IMG/VR virus record: IMGVR_UViG_3300049742_000009
Span: 1,927 to 65,926 of that record
Reading direction: 5' to 3' (one strand)
DNA length: 64,000 nucleotides
DNA from: a virus
Lineage: Duplodnaviria > Caudoviricetes
Of this stretch, positions 50,743 through 61,308 are shown piece after piece. The notes below the pieces were generated by a model. The model did no database searches and was not told the origin of the DNA. It saw only the letters and a program-made list of their open reading frames with translations. Within the stretch, counting starts at the first letter, position 1. Every line of letters starts with the position of its first letter. A program made the position numbers and the translations under genes.

Positions 50743-52476
50743 TTAACCGGGACCGTCGCCCTTCTTATGGGCGAGCTTCATATACCCGGGTAGGACATGG
50801 TTGATGATATTGGTCGTGAGACCCTTAGCTTCATGTGCGGGTACGCCGTGCGACACCAGCAGCGCATGCAAGGTTGTCCACTTATGCTCTGCGCCGATCC
50901 ATTCAGCCGCCCCCTTGCCGTGCGTCCAGTAGTCCCAGAGAGCATGACCCTTGCCTATCTGGAGCTTGGATACGTCACGCCCCGGGGCTGGGGCTTTTGG
51001 GGCGGCAGGCTTCGCAGGGTTCTTGTTACCCGACGAGCCAGGCTGTGGCTGAGGACTCGGCCTAGGCGTCCCGGTCGGCGCAGCCTTCTGCGTGCCACCA
51101 CCGCCACTCGGCGTAGCAGGCGGATTCGGGATGTCCGAGTTGGCGCCAGCCTGTGCCTTCTGGAGAGTGCCAGGCGGTTGCAACTGCACAGAGAACAGAC
51201 CGGTGTGCTTCAACAGGTCCCAGTCCTCTTGCTTGATGGCCTTGACTATTGAGTCAGGCTCATATCCGGACTGGATTAGCACAGAGATCGTACCAGCCTC
51301 AGTCTTGCGCAGCTCGGCAATCGTGTTGCGGTCATCGCGCAGGAAGGCAATGTCCCTGTCGTCGTACCAGAGACGAGCGTCCTTCGGCATGCCCTTAAGA
51401 AGCGGCTGATACGCAGCGCAGATCGAACGCCACAGTGGACGCATGGTCGAGTCGCCGAACATGTGCTTAGCGGCAACGAAGTTGCCAGCGTTCAGCGACG
51501 AGCCCTGCATGCCTTCGGAGAGGCCGACGAACACCGGAGGGATACGAGCGGCAGCGGCGATTCGCGTTTCACCGGCGCCCTGAGTGGCCTTGAAGTCCAA
51601 CTGCCGTAGGTCCGTACCGACTACGGTCACGTCAGCACCGCCACCGAGGTACAGAGTCTCGTACGCGTGCTCAACTCCACCCTTGGCAGCGTCCATCGTC
51701 TCCATGAACTCCTGGAACTGCTCATTGGTGACGGTTTCCTTGAAGGACACCGCAAGGTTGGGGGTCGCGGCATTCTCGAAGAACTTGGCCTTGTGGATCG
51801 TCGCAGCCTTGTCTGCCTGTATCTCGCGAATAACAGGCGACAGCCAAGACATGCCACGGTAGAGAGCGTCGGGGTCCGGGATGGGCGACCAGTGAGAGAC
51901 TACGCCGTTGCTGCCATCGATCGGGTAAATCTCCCAGTTGTCCGGATTCGAGCCCCGACCTCCCGGCATGTAGACGTACCCGGCAACGTCGGAGTCAACA
52001 GCCTTGTCCGGAGGGGCCGTCAGGATGATGTCCACCCAGTCTGGACGGAGCCTACGGAGCCTGTTTCCTTCGCGCACCACGTAGTGATTACCACCAAGGT
52101 CGGCGTCCTGGATCGCGCGCGACAGAAGCTCACCAGTCGTAGCGTTCGGCCATGGGTTCTCGAAGATGCTCAAGTCCTGGATACCGAAAAGGTCCCCGGG
52201 GCGCCCCTGCCTGATGCGCTGTAGCTGGAACCGAGCCTCAGTGAAGACGAGCTGACGAGCGTACATACAAGCAAATACAATGCCGTCTGACTTGTAGCAG
52301 TTGTAGATGTTGTACTGGAACTCCTCGTCATACTCCTTGTCTTCGTTGTAGCCAGACCTGTTGATGAACCCCATGGGGAAGTTCATCGGGTTGGCAAGGT
52401 TCAGATAGTCATCGATCGTCAGACTGCGCTGTTCTGACTTACCTCGGAGTCGAGACCAGAGAGACGCCATGATCAC
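50743..52476 (-). CDS. portal protein with C-terminal extension
   Basis: GNHYV, H....PDP...YRGMSWL, FENAATP, ETRIAAAARIPP. Confidence 0.9.
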   Translation of the reverse strand: MIMASLWSRLRGKSEQRSLTIDDYLNLANPMNFPMGFINRSGYNEDKEYDEEFQYNIYNCYKSDGIVFACMYARQLVFTEARFQLQRIRQGRPGDLFGIQDLSIFENPWPNATTGELLSRAIQDADLGGNHYVVREGNRLRRLRPDWVDIILTAPPDKAVDSDVAGYVYMPGGRGSNPDNWEIYPIDGSNGVVSHWSPIPDPDALYRGMSWLSPVIREIQADKAATIHKAKFFENAATPNLAVSFKETVTNEQFQEFMETMDAAKGGVEHAYETLYLGGGADVTVVGTDLRQLDFKATQGAGETRIAAAARIPPVFVGLSEGMQGSSLNAGNFVAAKHMFGDSTMRPLWRSICAAYQPLLKGMPKDARLWYDDRDIAFLRDDRNTIAELRKTEAGTISVLIQSGYEPDSIVKAIKQEDWDLLKHTGLFSVQLQPPGTLQKAQAGANSDIPNPPATPSGGGGTQKAAPTGTPRPSPQPQPGSSGNKNPAKPAAPKAPAPGRDVSKLQIGKGHALWDYWTHGKGAAEWIGAEHKWTTLHALLVSHGVPAHEAKGLTTNIINHVLPGYMKLAHKKGDGPG

Positions 52477-52634
52477 TCCTCCTTATCTGTCTTGTCAGTG
52501 TCAACGAACAGCAGCAGAACGAGCGCAACGGCACTCGAACCCATGAGACCGTAGTCTCCAAACTTCCACGTCAGCCCGGCAGTTAGCATCAGGTAACACG
52601 CGACCGCCAGGGCGAGCGCTTCATGCCTTTTCAT
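52473..52634 (-). CDS. small membrane protein between terminase and portal (53 aa, not in ORF track)
   Basis: MKRHEALALAVACYLMLTAGLTWKFGDYGLMGSSAVALVLLLFVD... Confidence 0.65.
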   Translation of the reverse strand: MKRHEALALAVACYLMLTAGLTWKFGDYGLMGSSAVALVLLLFVDTDKTDKEE

Positions 52635-52641
52635 ATCGCCC

Positions 52642-54201
52642 CTATCGACGTGCCATCCAAGGCGCGGAGTTTTTCTTCTCGTTCGCTATCTTCTTATATC
52701 CCCATGTCGCCAACGTGCAAGCGACGAGCGGTGAGATGTCAACGGAAGACGTACGCCTCGACCACGCCCAGCAGTCGGCGAGATCGCGCGTATCCGCACC
52801 AGCAACCGCCGAGTTGAGCGGCCTTTGATTGATGTGTGTAACGTTGGGCACGTTCCCCCTACGGGGAACTACGCCCGTGTAAAACTCACCACAGGATTGA
52901 GCAAACTCTGCGGCCGTAGGGTGTATCAACTTCACACCGGCCGCCTCAAGTTCTTCTATGAACATGCCTGCCTGACTGCGCTTGTCGATTACGACTCCTA
53001 CGGGGCGCTGAGCCTTCCATATCTCAAGTACCCGATCAACAACCCACGATGTACCAGGACGGCAGTCGTAGGTCTCGTAGCCGGTGATCTCAACGTGTAC
53101 GGCACCCTCGTCATTACGACCCGCTGCCGCAATGGAAGTAGTGGGGTTGAGTCCCGGCGATGTGTCAACCGCGAGTACGAACGGGTCCAAAAGATACGAC
53201 GTTTCATCAGAGCGTCGCATCCAAGACTCTTCGCTGATTACCGACCACGAGTCCTCTTCGACGGGCCAGTCACCGACCCCGAGCCGTTCCTGGAGAAACG
53301 TCTCCGGGTCCATCGATCGACGCTCCGATTCGACATGCTCCACCGAAATGCGAATGCCCAATCCGGGATTCGCTTTGGCATATGACTCAACGGTGTCCGT
53401 CTGATCATGTTCGTCACAGTCCTTCGGGCAGAAGTCCGAGCAACCATCAATAGACCACTCGGCGTAGAACAGCCTGGGGTCGCCGCCCTTGATTGCACGC
53501 GCGCGTACACGCCCGAGCTGCGTTGACTCCTGGTCACCCGCAGAACCGGTGTACCAAATCTGCGGACCACCTGGGGTCACCTCAGTACGAGCGGACAGCG
53601 TTGGCATCAGGGCACCAACTTGCTGCGATCCAAGGTACATTGCCTCGTCCAGAATGAGGCAGTCACAGGAGAAACCACGCCCGCCACCCTTGGTCCGAGT
53701 ACGAAACCGCAGGCGGTTTCCGTTCTTAAGCTCGATACCCTCTTCACCGTGCGAACGAGATACCCGAGCAACTTCCGCGTCTAGGTCGGGAGTTTGCTCT
53801 ATGAGCATCAGGATGCGGCCGAACGCTTCCTTGGAAGTGTCGAACTGGTGAGCAGAGTGGATGATCAGCTTCTCGTCCAACAGATACAGACCGGCAAGCT
53901 CCCGAGCCTCAAGGATCGACCCCTTGCCGTTCTGCCTACTGACCACCAACCCCACTTCAAACGCTGCCCACTTACCGTCCTCGCGTTTGGCCATGGCCTG
54001 CTCCATGGTCCAAATCTGCCAGGGGTCCAAGTCCAGCCCCGCTAGACTTGATAGATCGGCTACCTCGCGCCCCAAGCTACCGACGCTAGGCGGAAGATGC
54101 TGGATTCGGGGGCGTTGACTTCCGCGTACCGCTAGGGTGGCGGCCACCCTGCTGTCGAGTGACTGCCCGGGGTGTTCCGGCTCGATTACGTATCTTTTCA
54201 A
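52642..54201 (-). CDS. terL: terminase large subunit
   Basis: LDPWQ, Walker A SRQNGKG, GRGFSCDCLILDEA, ANPGLG, ERLG, DISPLVA; exact start uncertain. Confidence 0.95.
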   Translation of the reverse strand: MKRYVIEPEHPGQSLDSRVAATLAVRGSQRPRIQHLPPSVGSLGREVADLSSLAGLDLDPWQIWTMEQAMAKREDGKWAAFEVGLVVSRQNGKGSILEARELAGLYLLDEKLIIHSAHQFDTSKEAFGRILMLIEQTPDLDAEVARVSRSHGEEGIELKNGNRLRFRTRTKGGGRGFSCDCLILDEAMYLGSQQVGALMPTLSARTEVTPGGPQIWYTGSAGDQESTQLGRVRARAIKGGDPRLFYAEWSIDGCSDFCPKDCDEHDQTDTVESYAKANPGLGIRISVEHVESERRSMDPETFLQERLGVGDWPVEEDSWSVISEESWMRRSDETSYLLDPFVLAVDTSPGLNPTTSIAAAGRNDEGAVHVEITGYETYDCRPGTSWVVDRVLEIWKAQRPVGVVIDKRSQAGMFIEELEAAGVKLIHPTAAEFAQSCGEFYTGVVPRRGNVPNVTHINQRPLNSAVAGADTRDLADCWAWSRRTSSVDISPLVACTLATWGYKKIANEKKNSAPWMARR

Positions 54202-54430
54202 GATCGGACACCTCCGCGTCGTATACCGGGATCTTCTCTATCTGCTCCAGTACGGTTTGCAGACGGAGGATCAATGAAGCCTGATCTCCGGTACGTAGGC
54301 GCGAGTTCAGGCACGTGTTACACAGGTTGGCCTCAAGTTGATGTGCAATGTAGTCGCGGATCGCTTCCAACGACTCCCGCATGTTCTCCTCTTGGACAAC
54401 TTCGGTTAGCTTCTTACGATTTGCTGTCAT
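54086..54430 (-). CDS. terminase small subunit (probable)
   Basis: LEA.RD.IA..L...ASL...L...L..I...VSDLEKIR pattern; directly upstream of terL; start moved to ATG 54430. Confidence 0.7.
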   Translation of the reverse strand: MTANRKKLTEVVQEENMRESLEAIRDYIAHQLEANLCNTCLNSRLRTGDQASLILRLQTVLEQIEKIPVYDAEVSDLEKIRNRAGTPRAVTRQQGGRHPSGTRKSTPPNPASSA

Positions 54431-55383
54431 CGTGGCCCCGGATTCAACGGCTCGTCGGGCGGTACTCGCCACGTTCGGTAGGGGGGTGCTCCGTAGTAGA
54501 CGTGGGCAACACGTTCATTCACGACTGCGGCAGCCGCACTGGGGTGAGCCCTGCGTCCAACGTCCTTGATACTCACGCTCACGTTGGCAACACCGGGCTT
54601 AGCCAACTGCCCATACAACACTGTTGGGTTCTTAGCCGATGCGGTAGCGGTTGCCTTGCCAGCACTAGGGCCAATTCCGTATACAGCGGCAGCGTTGTTA
54701 GCTACGACCGCCGTGTCCCCAGCGAAACCAGCGGCAGCGTTTACGATTCCGCCACCTGCCTGATTTAGCAGGACGATGGCCGTTGCACCGCCAGATGCAG
54801 CACTTGATCGCGTCTGCGTCCTGGAGAACGAGCCAGCCGATAGCGTACCGGCTGAGTCGGTCACAGCGCAGTTGGTGTTGTCCGGACTACCTGAGTTAGA
54901 TACCGAGAAATCCGCCCGCTCTGTGCCTGATCCCTCTGTCCAAGTGCGAGTTGACGAACTTCCATACTCGTAAGCCATGGCAAACGACAAGCCCCACTGC
55001 GTTGTGGCTGCCGTCACCGATGCCGTGTTGAAGTTAGAGCTTGCACCAACAGGCGATATATCGAAATGAGCAGTATCTACAGGGATCGTACTACTAACAC
55101 CCCGATAGGACACGATCGAAGCGCACGCTATGGAAGACTGAATGCTGAATGTGTAGCTTGATCCCTCGCCCGATGCAACCTTCCTGAACACGCGAACCGT
55201 GCGCAGGGAGTTGGTGCCAGAGTCAGCACTACCGAGAAGCGTCCAACCCGAGGGCGTGGAGGGTGTACCGCCGCAGATAGCGATCATCACATCGCCATCT
55301 ACCGTGCCACTGGGCTTACTTACGGAGATCGACGTGGTGTAGTTGGCCGTGCCATGAGCTTCGGCGACGAACGAGATAGCCAT
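54427..55383 (-). CDS. fibre-like virion protein (binding module plus about 4 Ala-rich repeats)
   Basis: KPSGTVDGDVMIA module; AG.A.A.A repeats. Confidence 0.7.
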   Translation of the reverse strand: MAISFVAEAHGTANYTTSISVSKPSGTVDGDVMIAICGGTPSTPSGWTLLGSADSGTNSLRTVRVFRKVASGEGSSYTFSIQSSIACASIVSYRGVSSTIPVDTAHFDISPVGASSNFNTASVTAATTQWGLSFAMAYEYGSSSTRTWTEGSGTERADFSVSNSGSPDNTNCAVTDSAGTLSAGSFSRTQTRSSAASGGATAIVLLNQAGGGIVNAAAGFAGDTAVVANNAAAVYGIGPSAGKATATASAKNPTVLYGQLAKPGVANVSVSIKDVGRRAHPSAAAAVVNERVAHVYYGAPPYRTWRVPPDEPLNPGPR

Positions 55384-55397
55384 GTCGTCTCCTCAAC

Positions 55398-55676
55398 TCA
55401 CCTACTGGTTACGCGAATCGTCATGGAGCGGTCAACGGTACGGTCTTGGTTGGTGACTATTCGATGAGTCACTGTATAGGGCGAACCAGCAACGCCACCT
55501 GAGAGCCAAGTCGTAGTCACCGTAGTGGTGTTCGACGTTGAATCAATGGTGATACCGGGCGTCGCAATGGCAGTAAAGCTTACAATCTGCTCATTGGTGG
55601 TCAGCCAATCCGACCAGTCGAACGAGTAGTCAAGGACATCATCGGGGTCCTTGAGAAAATCAGGGGATGATGTCAT
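55398..55676 (-). CDS. fibre-adaptor-like protein, paralogue 2
   Basis: KDPDDVLDYSFDWSDWL...WLSGG..G..Y.VT..I.T...RT..RS..IRV. Confidence 0.75.
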   Translation of the reverse strand: MTSSPDFLKDPDDVLDYSFDWSDWLTTNEQIVSFTAIATPGITIDSTSNTTTVTTTWLSGGVAGSPYTVTHRIVTNQDRTVDRSMTIRVTSR

Positions 55677-55677
55677 A

Positions 55678-57498
55678 TCAACTCTCCTCAACCATCAGGG
55701 TCCGCTCTTCCCAAGGTACAAATATGAAGCGATCTTCAAAACCGACCTTGATGGTTCGACTCGATCCAAAGTACGAAACAACAGGGTGAACCATAGCGAA
55801 GGCACTAGCCACACCGATGGACATAGCCAGGCCCGGAGCGGCGGTCTTTCCAGAGGCGTTCACCTGGGCTGTGCCAGCCGGTACGGCAAATCCAATCGCC
55901 GGTCCGTAGGCTGCTGCGGTTGAAAATGCAGTACCAGCGCGGTTTCCCACAGACTCGGAAAGCAGCCATGCGGCGGCAGTTGCGGCCGCCTTCCCTGCGG
56001 GCGCGTACTGCATGCGAGTCTGTTTAACCGATACGACCACAGTCGCTATACCGGCGGGCGCGTTATTGAATGGCGTTGTGGCTACGTCAACTTGCTTAAC
56101 GGAGGCAGAGGCTGTTGCACAGCCCGCCTGCGCACCAACTGCCGCAACTGGCGTCTTTGCGCTAGCTGTTGACGCTACTACATCTGGCGCGGGACTCAAC
56201 TCAAGGTCAGGTGCAGGCGAGTTTCCTGCGGCCGTTGCCGTGGCTACGCCAGCGTTCGCATTGACGGCTACGATCAACGTCCGAAGCGCGACGGTCGTAA
56301 CGATGGAGTCCGTCATACTCGTCGTGCTGTTTGCGGTGATCGAAGTGCCTGAAATAGAGCCGGGGTCAGTCTCAACTCCCGCGTCATACATGGCAGCAGA
56401 GTAGCTTGTACTAGCGCCGTGGTTCCCGCCCTCGAACCGCTCGTGCGCAACCCCAGAGGTGAAAGTATTAAAGCTGGTCGTAGTCCTACGTGTCGCACGG
56501 TGCGAAAGCACCATACTTGAATGTGTAGTTGTAACAGAAGGAGTCGTATGAGAAGTAGCGCTGCCAGACGCGGAAGATCCTGAGGCGTCTATCGGGTTGC
56601 TCGTATTGACGCCACGGTAGGCCGAGATGGTCGCCCAGAAGGGTGAGCTAGAGTCCCCGTTGTTCCATACATAGCTAGAGGCCGCCACGTCCGTAGATGT
56701 CGCGACCCTGTACCAAACCTCAACCCGGAACAAGTTACCCGTACTTGAATCCTGCGAAAGAACCCTGGTCCAAGCGCTCCCGGATGGCTGCGACATGCCA
56801 GCTTCGTTACCAACCAGGTATGCGATCATCACATCACCAACAGCAAGCCCCGCTGGCTTAGCGACGGTTGACGTTGACGTGTTGGAACCTGTAGGCGTTC
56901 CCTCGCTGGTGGCAATATGAGTGATGTTGCCGGAGCCACCACCACCTGCGCCCGACGACGTAACCGAAACGTCTACCCAATAGTTAGACCCGAGCGTGCT
57001 AGTCGGAAACGCAGCGGTAGCGGAAGGTTCGTTATACGCGCACTGCGCGCCGTTGAGGGCGGTTGACGTACCGGGCGCAGTGATCGGCCCAGCAGTGATC
57101 CCCGAGGCGCCGCCGCCGCTACTCCAGTAATTCGCAGACGATACATACGAGTTGGCGCTACCGGAGTAGTGAACAACGGCAACGTAGCTCGTACCATTGG
57201 TCAGCGACACAGGAGTCGTCAACGCCTGGTAGTTCCAAGCGTTTTGAGTCAGGTCAACGGCTAGGTTTACCGTAGTACCTGAGATCAGCGTACCCGTAGT
57301 TCCGTTGGTTGTACTGTAGAGGCGAAACGAGTATTTCGTGTGGTCAGTATCGAAGGTTCCGCTAGGCGCCCAGAAGTAGAAGCCGTTGAAGGTTACCCCA
57401 TCTTCATTGACCTTGAACTGAACGCCTAGATCGTGACTGAATCCACCGCTCGTAGTTCCGCTACCGTTGGTTGATGGCCACAGCCGATAGTCCGTCAT
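55678..57498 (-). CDS. fibre-like virion protein (DUF4082-like domain, binding module, about 8 Ala-rich repeats)
   Basis: DLGVQFKV...F..FYFW..LTQNAWN..LTTPV.L...YVAVV; KPAGLAVGDVMIA; start moved to ATG 57498. Confidence 0.7.
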   Translation of the reverse strand: MTDYRLWPSTNGSGTTSGGFSHDLGVQFKVNEDGVTFNGFYFWAPSGTFDTDHTKYSFRLYSTTNGTTGTLISGTTVNLAVDLTQNAWNYQALTTPVSLTNGTSYVAVVHYSGSANSYVSSANYWSSGGGASGITAGPITAPGTSTALNGAQCAYNEPSATAAFPTSTLGSNYWVDVSVTSSGAGGGGSGNITHIATSEGTPTGSNTSTSTVAKPAGLAVGDVMIAYLVGNEAGMSQPSGSAWTRVLSQDSSTGNLFRVEVWYRVATSTDVAASSYVWNNGDSSSPFWATISAYRGVNTSNPIDASGSSASGSATSHTTPSVTTTHSSMVLSHRATRRTTTSFNTFTSGVAHERFEGGNHGASTSYSAAMYDAGVETDPGSISGTSITANSTTSMTDSIVTTVALRTLIVAVNANAGVATATAAGNSPAPDLELSPAPDVVASTASAKTPVAAVGAQAGCATASASVKQVDVATTPFNNAPAGIATVVVSVKQTRMQYAPAGKAAATAAAWLLSESVGNRAGTAFSTAAAYGPAIGFAVPAGTAQVNASGKTAAPGLAMSIGVASAFAMVHPVVSYFGSSRTIKVGFEDRFIFVPWEERTLMVEES

Positions 57499-57514
57499 GC
57501 GTGGCCACCACCCT

Positions 57515-57790
57515 CTAGCGCTCCGTAACCCGTATATTGATCGAACGATCGTCCGTACGAGCCGCACTCGTAACTATGTGACACGTAACTCGGTACACAC
57601 TCCCGGCAGTTCCACCGGATACCCAAATAGTCGCAACGGTGTCATCATGACCCGTTGAGGTCACCGTCAGCCCGTCGTCAACAGTGAAGGTGGCGGTTGA
57701 GATCGTCTCACCAACCGCCAACCAGTCTTCCCAGTTGAACTGCCAGTCTAGATCCGCGTTAGGGTCCTTGATGAAGTTGAACCTAGCCAT
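57515..57790 (-). CDS. fibre-adaptor-like protein, paralogue 1
   Basis: KDPNADLDWQFNWEDWL...WVSGG..G..Y.VT..I.T...RT..RS..IRV. Confidence 0.75.
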   Translation of the reverse strand: MARFNFIKDPNADLDWQFNWEDWLAVGETISTATFTVDDGLTVTSTGHDDTVATIWVSGGTAGSVYRVTCHIVTSAARTDDRSINIRVTER

Positions 57791-60700
57791 TACGACCCTC
57801 CGTTGCTCACAACGTACGCAAACACCTCGCGAACCTCAGGGTCGATCGGATCAACCCGCTTTTCTTTAGCGATCGTTACGGATCGACTCTTAGCCGGGAT
57901 ATCAACAACCCGATTAAGAGCGTGGGCAGTTACGATCCTGTCCTCATGCACGATGTCAACTCGACGGCTATCGGGTGTACTTCCCTTAGTAACATCGAAT
58001 CCCATGCAGCCCGCTATCGCGCAACCCGCATGAGCGAGATGGAACACCGTCGCAGTCTCGACCCTTGGATCAAGAGCAGCAGCAACAATAACACCAGAAG
58101 CGTTGGCATCAACGTCCAACGTGCCAAATGTCGTTGCATCCTCGACCTCGACGGCAGCCGTAGCCCTACCGGCCGTGACGGAATACCCCGATATAACCTC
58201 GGGCGCATATCCACTCGCAACCGCCTCGGCCACACCAGCCGACACGCTCAGGTGAAGGCTGACCGTGGGCTTGAACGCAGCGGAAGTGACGGCAGCCCTG
58301 CCGGGTGCCGGATGACTGACTGTCGATGCCGAGACACCCTCGACCTCGACCACAGCCTCGGCCACGCCAGCCTGAGCACCTACGGCAGCAAATGCACCGT
58401 GCGCAGAGGCGGTTGTGGTTACATTTCCCGCACTCGGCTGTATCACACCCGTCGTCATTGCGCCGAGCGCTTCACCGACAGCCTGCGCAGTTCCAGGGTT
58501 GGGCCGCGTGGCGTTCGAGATCGTCGGATCGCCAGCGACACCCTCGACCTCGACGGCCCCAGCCTCAGGACTACAGGTCAACTCAAGCGCCAGGGCGCCT
58601 ACAGATGCACTGGAACTCGCAACGCCAGCATGCGCGTTGGTCATTCCGACTATCTCAACGTCGGCGCCGTAAGCCGTACCTGCGACTTCCGCAGTTCCGG
58701 CGGCGGGGCTGTCCACAAGGGCAGCCGTCGCACCGAGGGATTGCCCCGCCACCGTAGCCGACCCTGCGGTAACGGCTAGCGCCGGGGTCGGATTCTTAGT
58801 GGAAACGGTGACCGCAGCCACACCGGCATGAGCGTTTGAAGTCTCGGTAAGTGTAGGCGCGTTGGCTACAGCGGTAGCCTGCGCCAAACTAGCGCTGATG
58901 TTCGACGCTGCGGAGACCATAGCGCCCAGGGCAAGCGCCGAAACCTCGGCAGCCACCGCGTTCGGCGAGGCGCTATCGGTCACGGTCGGTCCGGCCGCCG
59001 TTGCCGTAACCGCCGCAGTACCCGCAGGCGCTTCATTGGTGGCCGAAGTCGCTACCGTAGGCGAGTAAGCCGCCGCCGTAGCTTCCGCGTTGTCTGCGGG
59101 AGAGGCCAGATCCAGATCAGGGCTGGGGCCATAGCTATCGGCGGCAACGCTCGCTGCCCCGGCATCAACGCCCAGTGTGTCAGCGATGGTTGGGCCGTAT
59201 GCGGCTGCTGATGTCGCAGCGCTTCCAGCATCAGGAAACTCAGCAGAGCTGGAAACAGGATCTTCAACTGCCGTAGCGGCAGCGGCAGATCCAGCCCGCG
59301 CGCCGATTGCAACCGTTGGATCAAGAGCAGATCCAGTGGTATCGGCAGCCCCGGCGTCGGGGGAGTCCAGCAGTGCGGTAGTTACGCCTATCGCGGCAGC
59401 GGTCGCAGTGGCTCCCCCGGCGTCCGGAGATACCGTAAGCGTAGACCCTGGACCGGCCGTTGTCACTACCGCCGTGGCAACTCCTGCCGCAGCCTCCACG
59501 TTGCTTACGACCGTGACCGAGGGATCGTACACCTCGGCCGCCCCCGTGGCCTGTGCGACCTGCACAGAGGCGCTGGACGTGACCTGAGGGGCGTCAACCC
59601 CGACGCCAGCTTCCGCAAGTCCAGCTTCCGGGGATGAAGTTACCAAAACGGACGAATTGCCAGCGGCAGCCTCGACCTCGGCCACGCCAACAACGACCTC
59701 GACGGATTCGCCTAGCGATGGAGCCGAAACGCCTACTAGCGCAGCAGCAACACCAGCTATGGGTGAACAAGTCAGCGTATCCGTAGGCGACTTACCAGAT
59801 GCAGTTGCCTGGGCAACGCCAGCTGATGCGTTGGTAGAATCGATCACACGCTTATAGGCAACGCCAAGCATGTTGGACCATACGTTACTTGTTCCGGACC
59901 ATGCGTGGAACTGGGAGACGGACGCACCTTCAGTCAGTCCCAAAACCTGATAGACAGGAGAACCAGTAGTCACCCCGCCCGTCGTTGACTTCATCTGCGC
60001 GGTGTCGAACGATGCGTAAGTTCCTACCGTACCAGTAGCGTTGTTTGTCAGCGTGTCTGTATTGCTGAAATGATCAATGTACGCAACCGCCATGTCACCG
60101 TTCTGGTTTGGAACGATAGCAGGTGATACATAAGGCGATGTCGTATCGCCGTGAATCGGCGTAGGCGCACTATCTGCCTCGGCTAGATTGCGAAACTCCT
60201 CAACCCAATAGAACGTAGGGCGAGTATGCGTCGATCCAGTGAGCGTTACCGTTATAGTATCGCTGGTCGTGAGTCGGGCTACATCCTGCCTAGTTGATGC
60301 TATGAACGCGTACTGAGAGCCTTGTATGTCCTGAGAGTCTATCGTCCAGGTGTTGCCTTGGGAATCGGTAACCGCCATGCTACGCGTACCGGTTGTGTCA
60401 GTCGTTGTGCGATACACTAGGACGAGCGTGTTGCCCAGTAGCGGGGAGGCAGTAAGTGGTATCGAAGTAGTCGCTACCCCGAAGTCCGTATTCTCACCGT
60501 TGGCAAGCTCCTTGACGTAGTGAATCAACTCCCCTACGTCAAATGCGCCTACAACATCTACTCGCGCCGAAGCAACCCCCGCATTTGCGTTCGTAGCAGG
60601 AGGGGCGTACTTCTTATAGCCACCAATGATGATGTCAGACCACGTACTGCTGCTAGTCGTCCAGGCGTGCTTCTGGCCAACTCCGTTACCAGATGAGAGG

Positions 60701-61281
60701 ATCTGATATACGGGCACCATCTTGCGAGCCGTCGTGCCAGATATCTGCGCCGTAGTGAACGACGAGTAAGTTCCCACGGTACCAGTGCCGTTGATGGTCA
60801 CCGTATCGGTAGTGGTCTGGTGGTCTTGCATGGCGATGATCAGGTCGCCGTCAGCAGTTGGAGTGTAAATTGGTGAAAGCTGCGGCGATGTGGTCTGATG
60901 GTTCGTCTGCATCGCACCATCGACGTACGACGTAACCGCTATGCCGGAGAACTCCTGCAAGCATGCAAGGAATTGCCCGCTGGTGTTAGCGGTTGTCGTA
61001 ATCGTAACGGTGTCAGATGTCGTCAGTGCGCCTACATCTTGGCGAGTTGACGCAATGATCAAGTCCTGGAAGTTTTCGTGATACTCGCCATCAATGGTCC
61101 AAGTGTTGCCCTTTGAGTCCGTAACCGTTGGGGTGGTATACGACTGCGTTGACATTGTGATGCGAGCTATAAGTATAAGCGTGTTTCCGGCTGTTGAGGC
61201 AGCAGAAACAGATAGTGCGTGCGTAGTCGAAACTGAAGCAGTTGTGAGGGTGCCGTTTTCTCGAACGTAAGCGATAGTCAC
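57790..61281 (-). CDS. long fibre-like virion protein (two tandem modules plus about 28 Ala-rich repeats)
   Basis: Two GNTL.L...VTDS.GNTWTID modules, then 22-25 aa AG.A.A.A.A..P repeats. Confidence 0.7.
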   Translation of the reverse strand: MTIAYVRENGTLTTASVSTTHALSVSAASTAGNTLILIARITMSTQSYTTPTVTDSKGNTWTIDGEYHENFQDLIIASTRQDVGALTTSDTVTITTTANTSGQFLACLQEFSGIAVTSYVDGAMQTNHQTTSPQLSPIYTPTADGDLIIAMQDHQTTTDTVTINGTGTVGTYSSFTTAQISGTTARKMVPVYQILSSGNGVGQKHAWTTSSSTWSDIIIGGYKKYAPPATNANAGVASARVDVVGAFDVGELIHYVKELANGENTDFGVATTSIPLTASPLLGNTLVLVYRTTTDTTGTRSMAVTDSQGNTWTIDSQDIQGSQYAFIASTRQDVARLTTSDTITVTLTGSTHTRPTFYWVEEFRNLAEADSAPTPIHGDTTSPYVSPAIVPNQNGDMAVAYIDHFSNTDTLTNNATGTVGTYASFDTAQMKSTTGGVTTGSPVYQVLGLTEGASVSQFHAWSGTSNVWSNMLGVAYKRVIDSTNASAGVAQATASGKSPTDTLTCSPIAGVAAALVGVSAPSLGESVEVVVGVAEVEAAAGNSSVLVTSSPEAGLAEAGVGVDAPQVTSSASVQVAQATGAAEVYDPSVTVVSNVEAAAGVATAVVTTAGPGSTLTVSPDAGGATATAAAIGVTTALLDSPDAGAADTTGSALDPTVAIGARAGSAAAATAVEDPVSSSAEFPDAGSAATSAAAYGPTIADTLGVDAGAASVAADSYGPSPDLDLASPADNAEATAAAYSPTVATSATNEAPAGTAAVTATAAGPTVTDSASPNAVAAEVSALALGAMVSAASNISASLAQATAVANAPTLTETSNAHAGVAAVTVSTKNPTPALAVTAGSATVAGQSLGATAALVDSPAAGTAEVAGTAYGADVEIVGMTNAHAGVASSSASVGALALELTCSPEAGAVEVEGVAGDPTISNATRPNPGTAQAVGEALGAMTTGVIQPSAGNVTTTASAHGAFAAVGAQAGVAEAVVEVEGVSASTVSHPAPGRAAVTSAAFKPTVSLHLSVSAGVAEAVASGYAPEVISGYSVTAGRATAAVEVEDATTFGTLDVDANASGVIVAAALDPRVETATVFHLAHAGCAIAGCMGFDVTKGSTPDSRRVDIVHEDRIVTAHALNRVVDIPAKSRSVTIAKEKRVDPIDPEVREVFAYVVSNGGS

Positions 61282-61308
61282 GGCACACCTCTCAACAGTG
61301 CCTAACCG

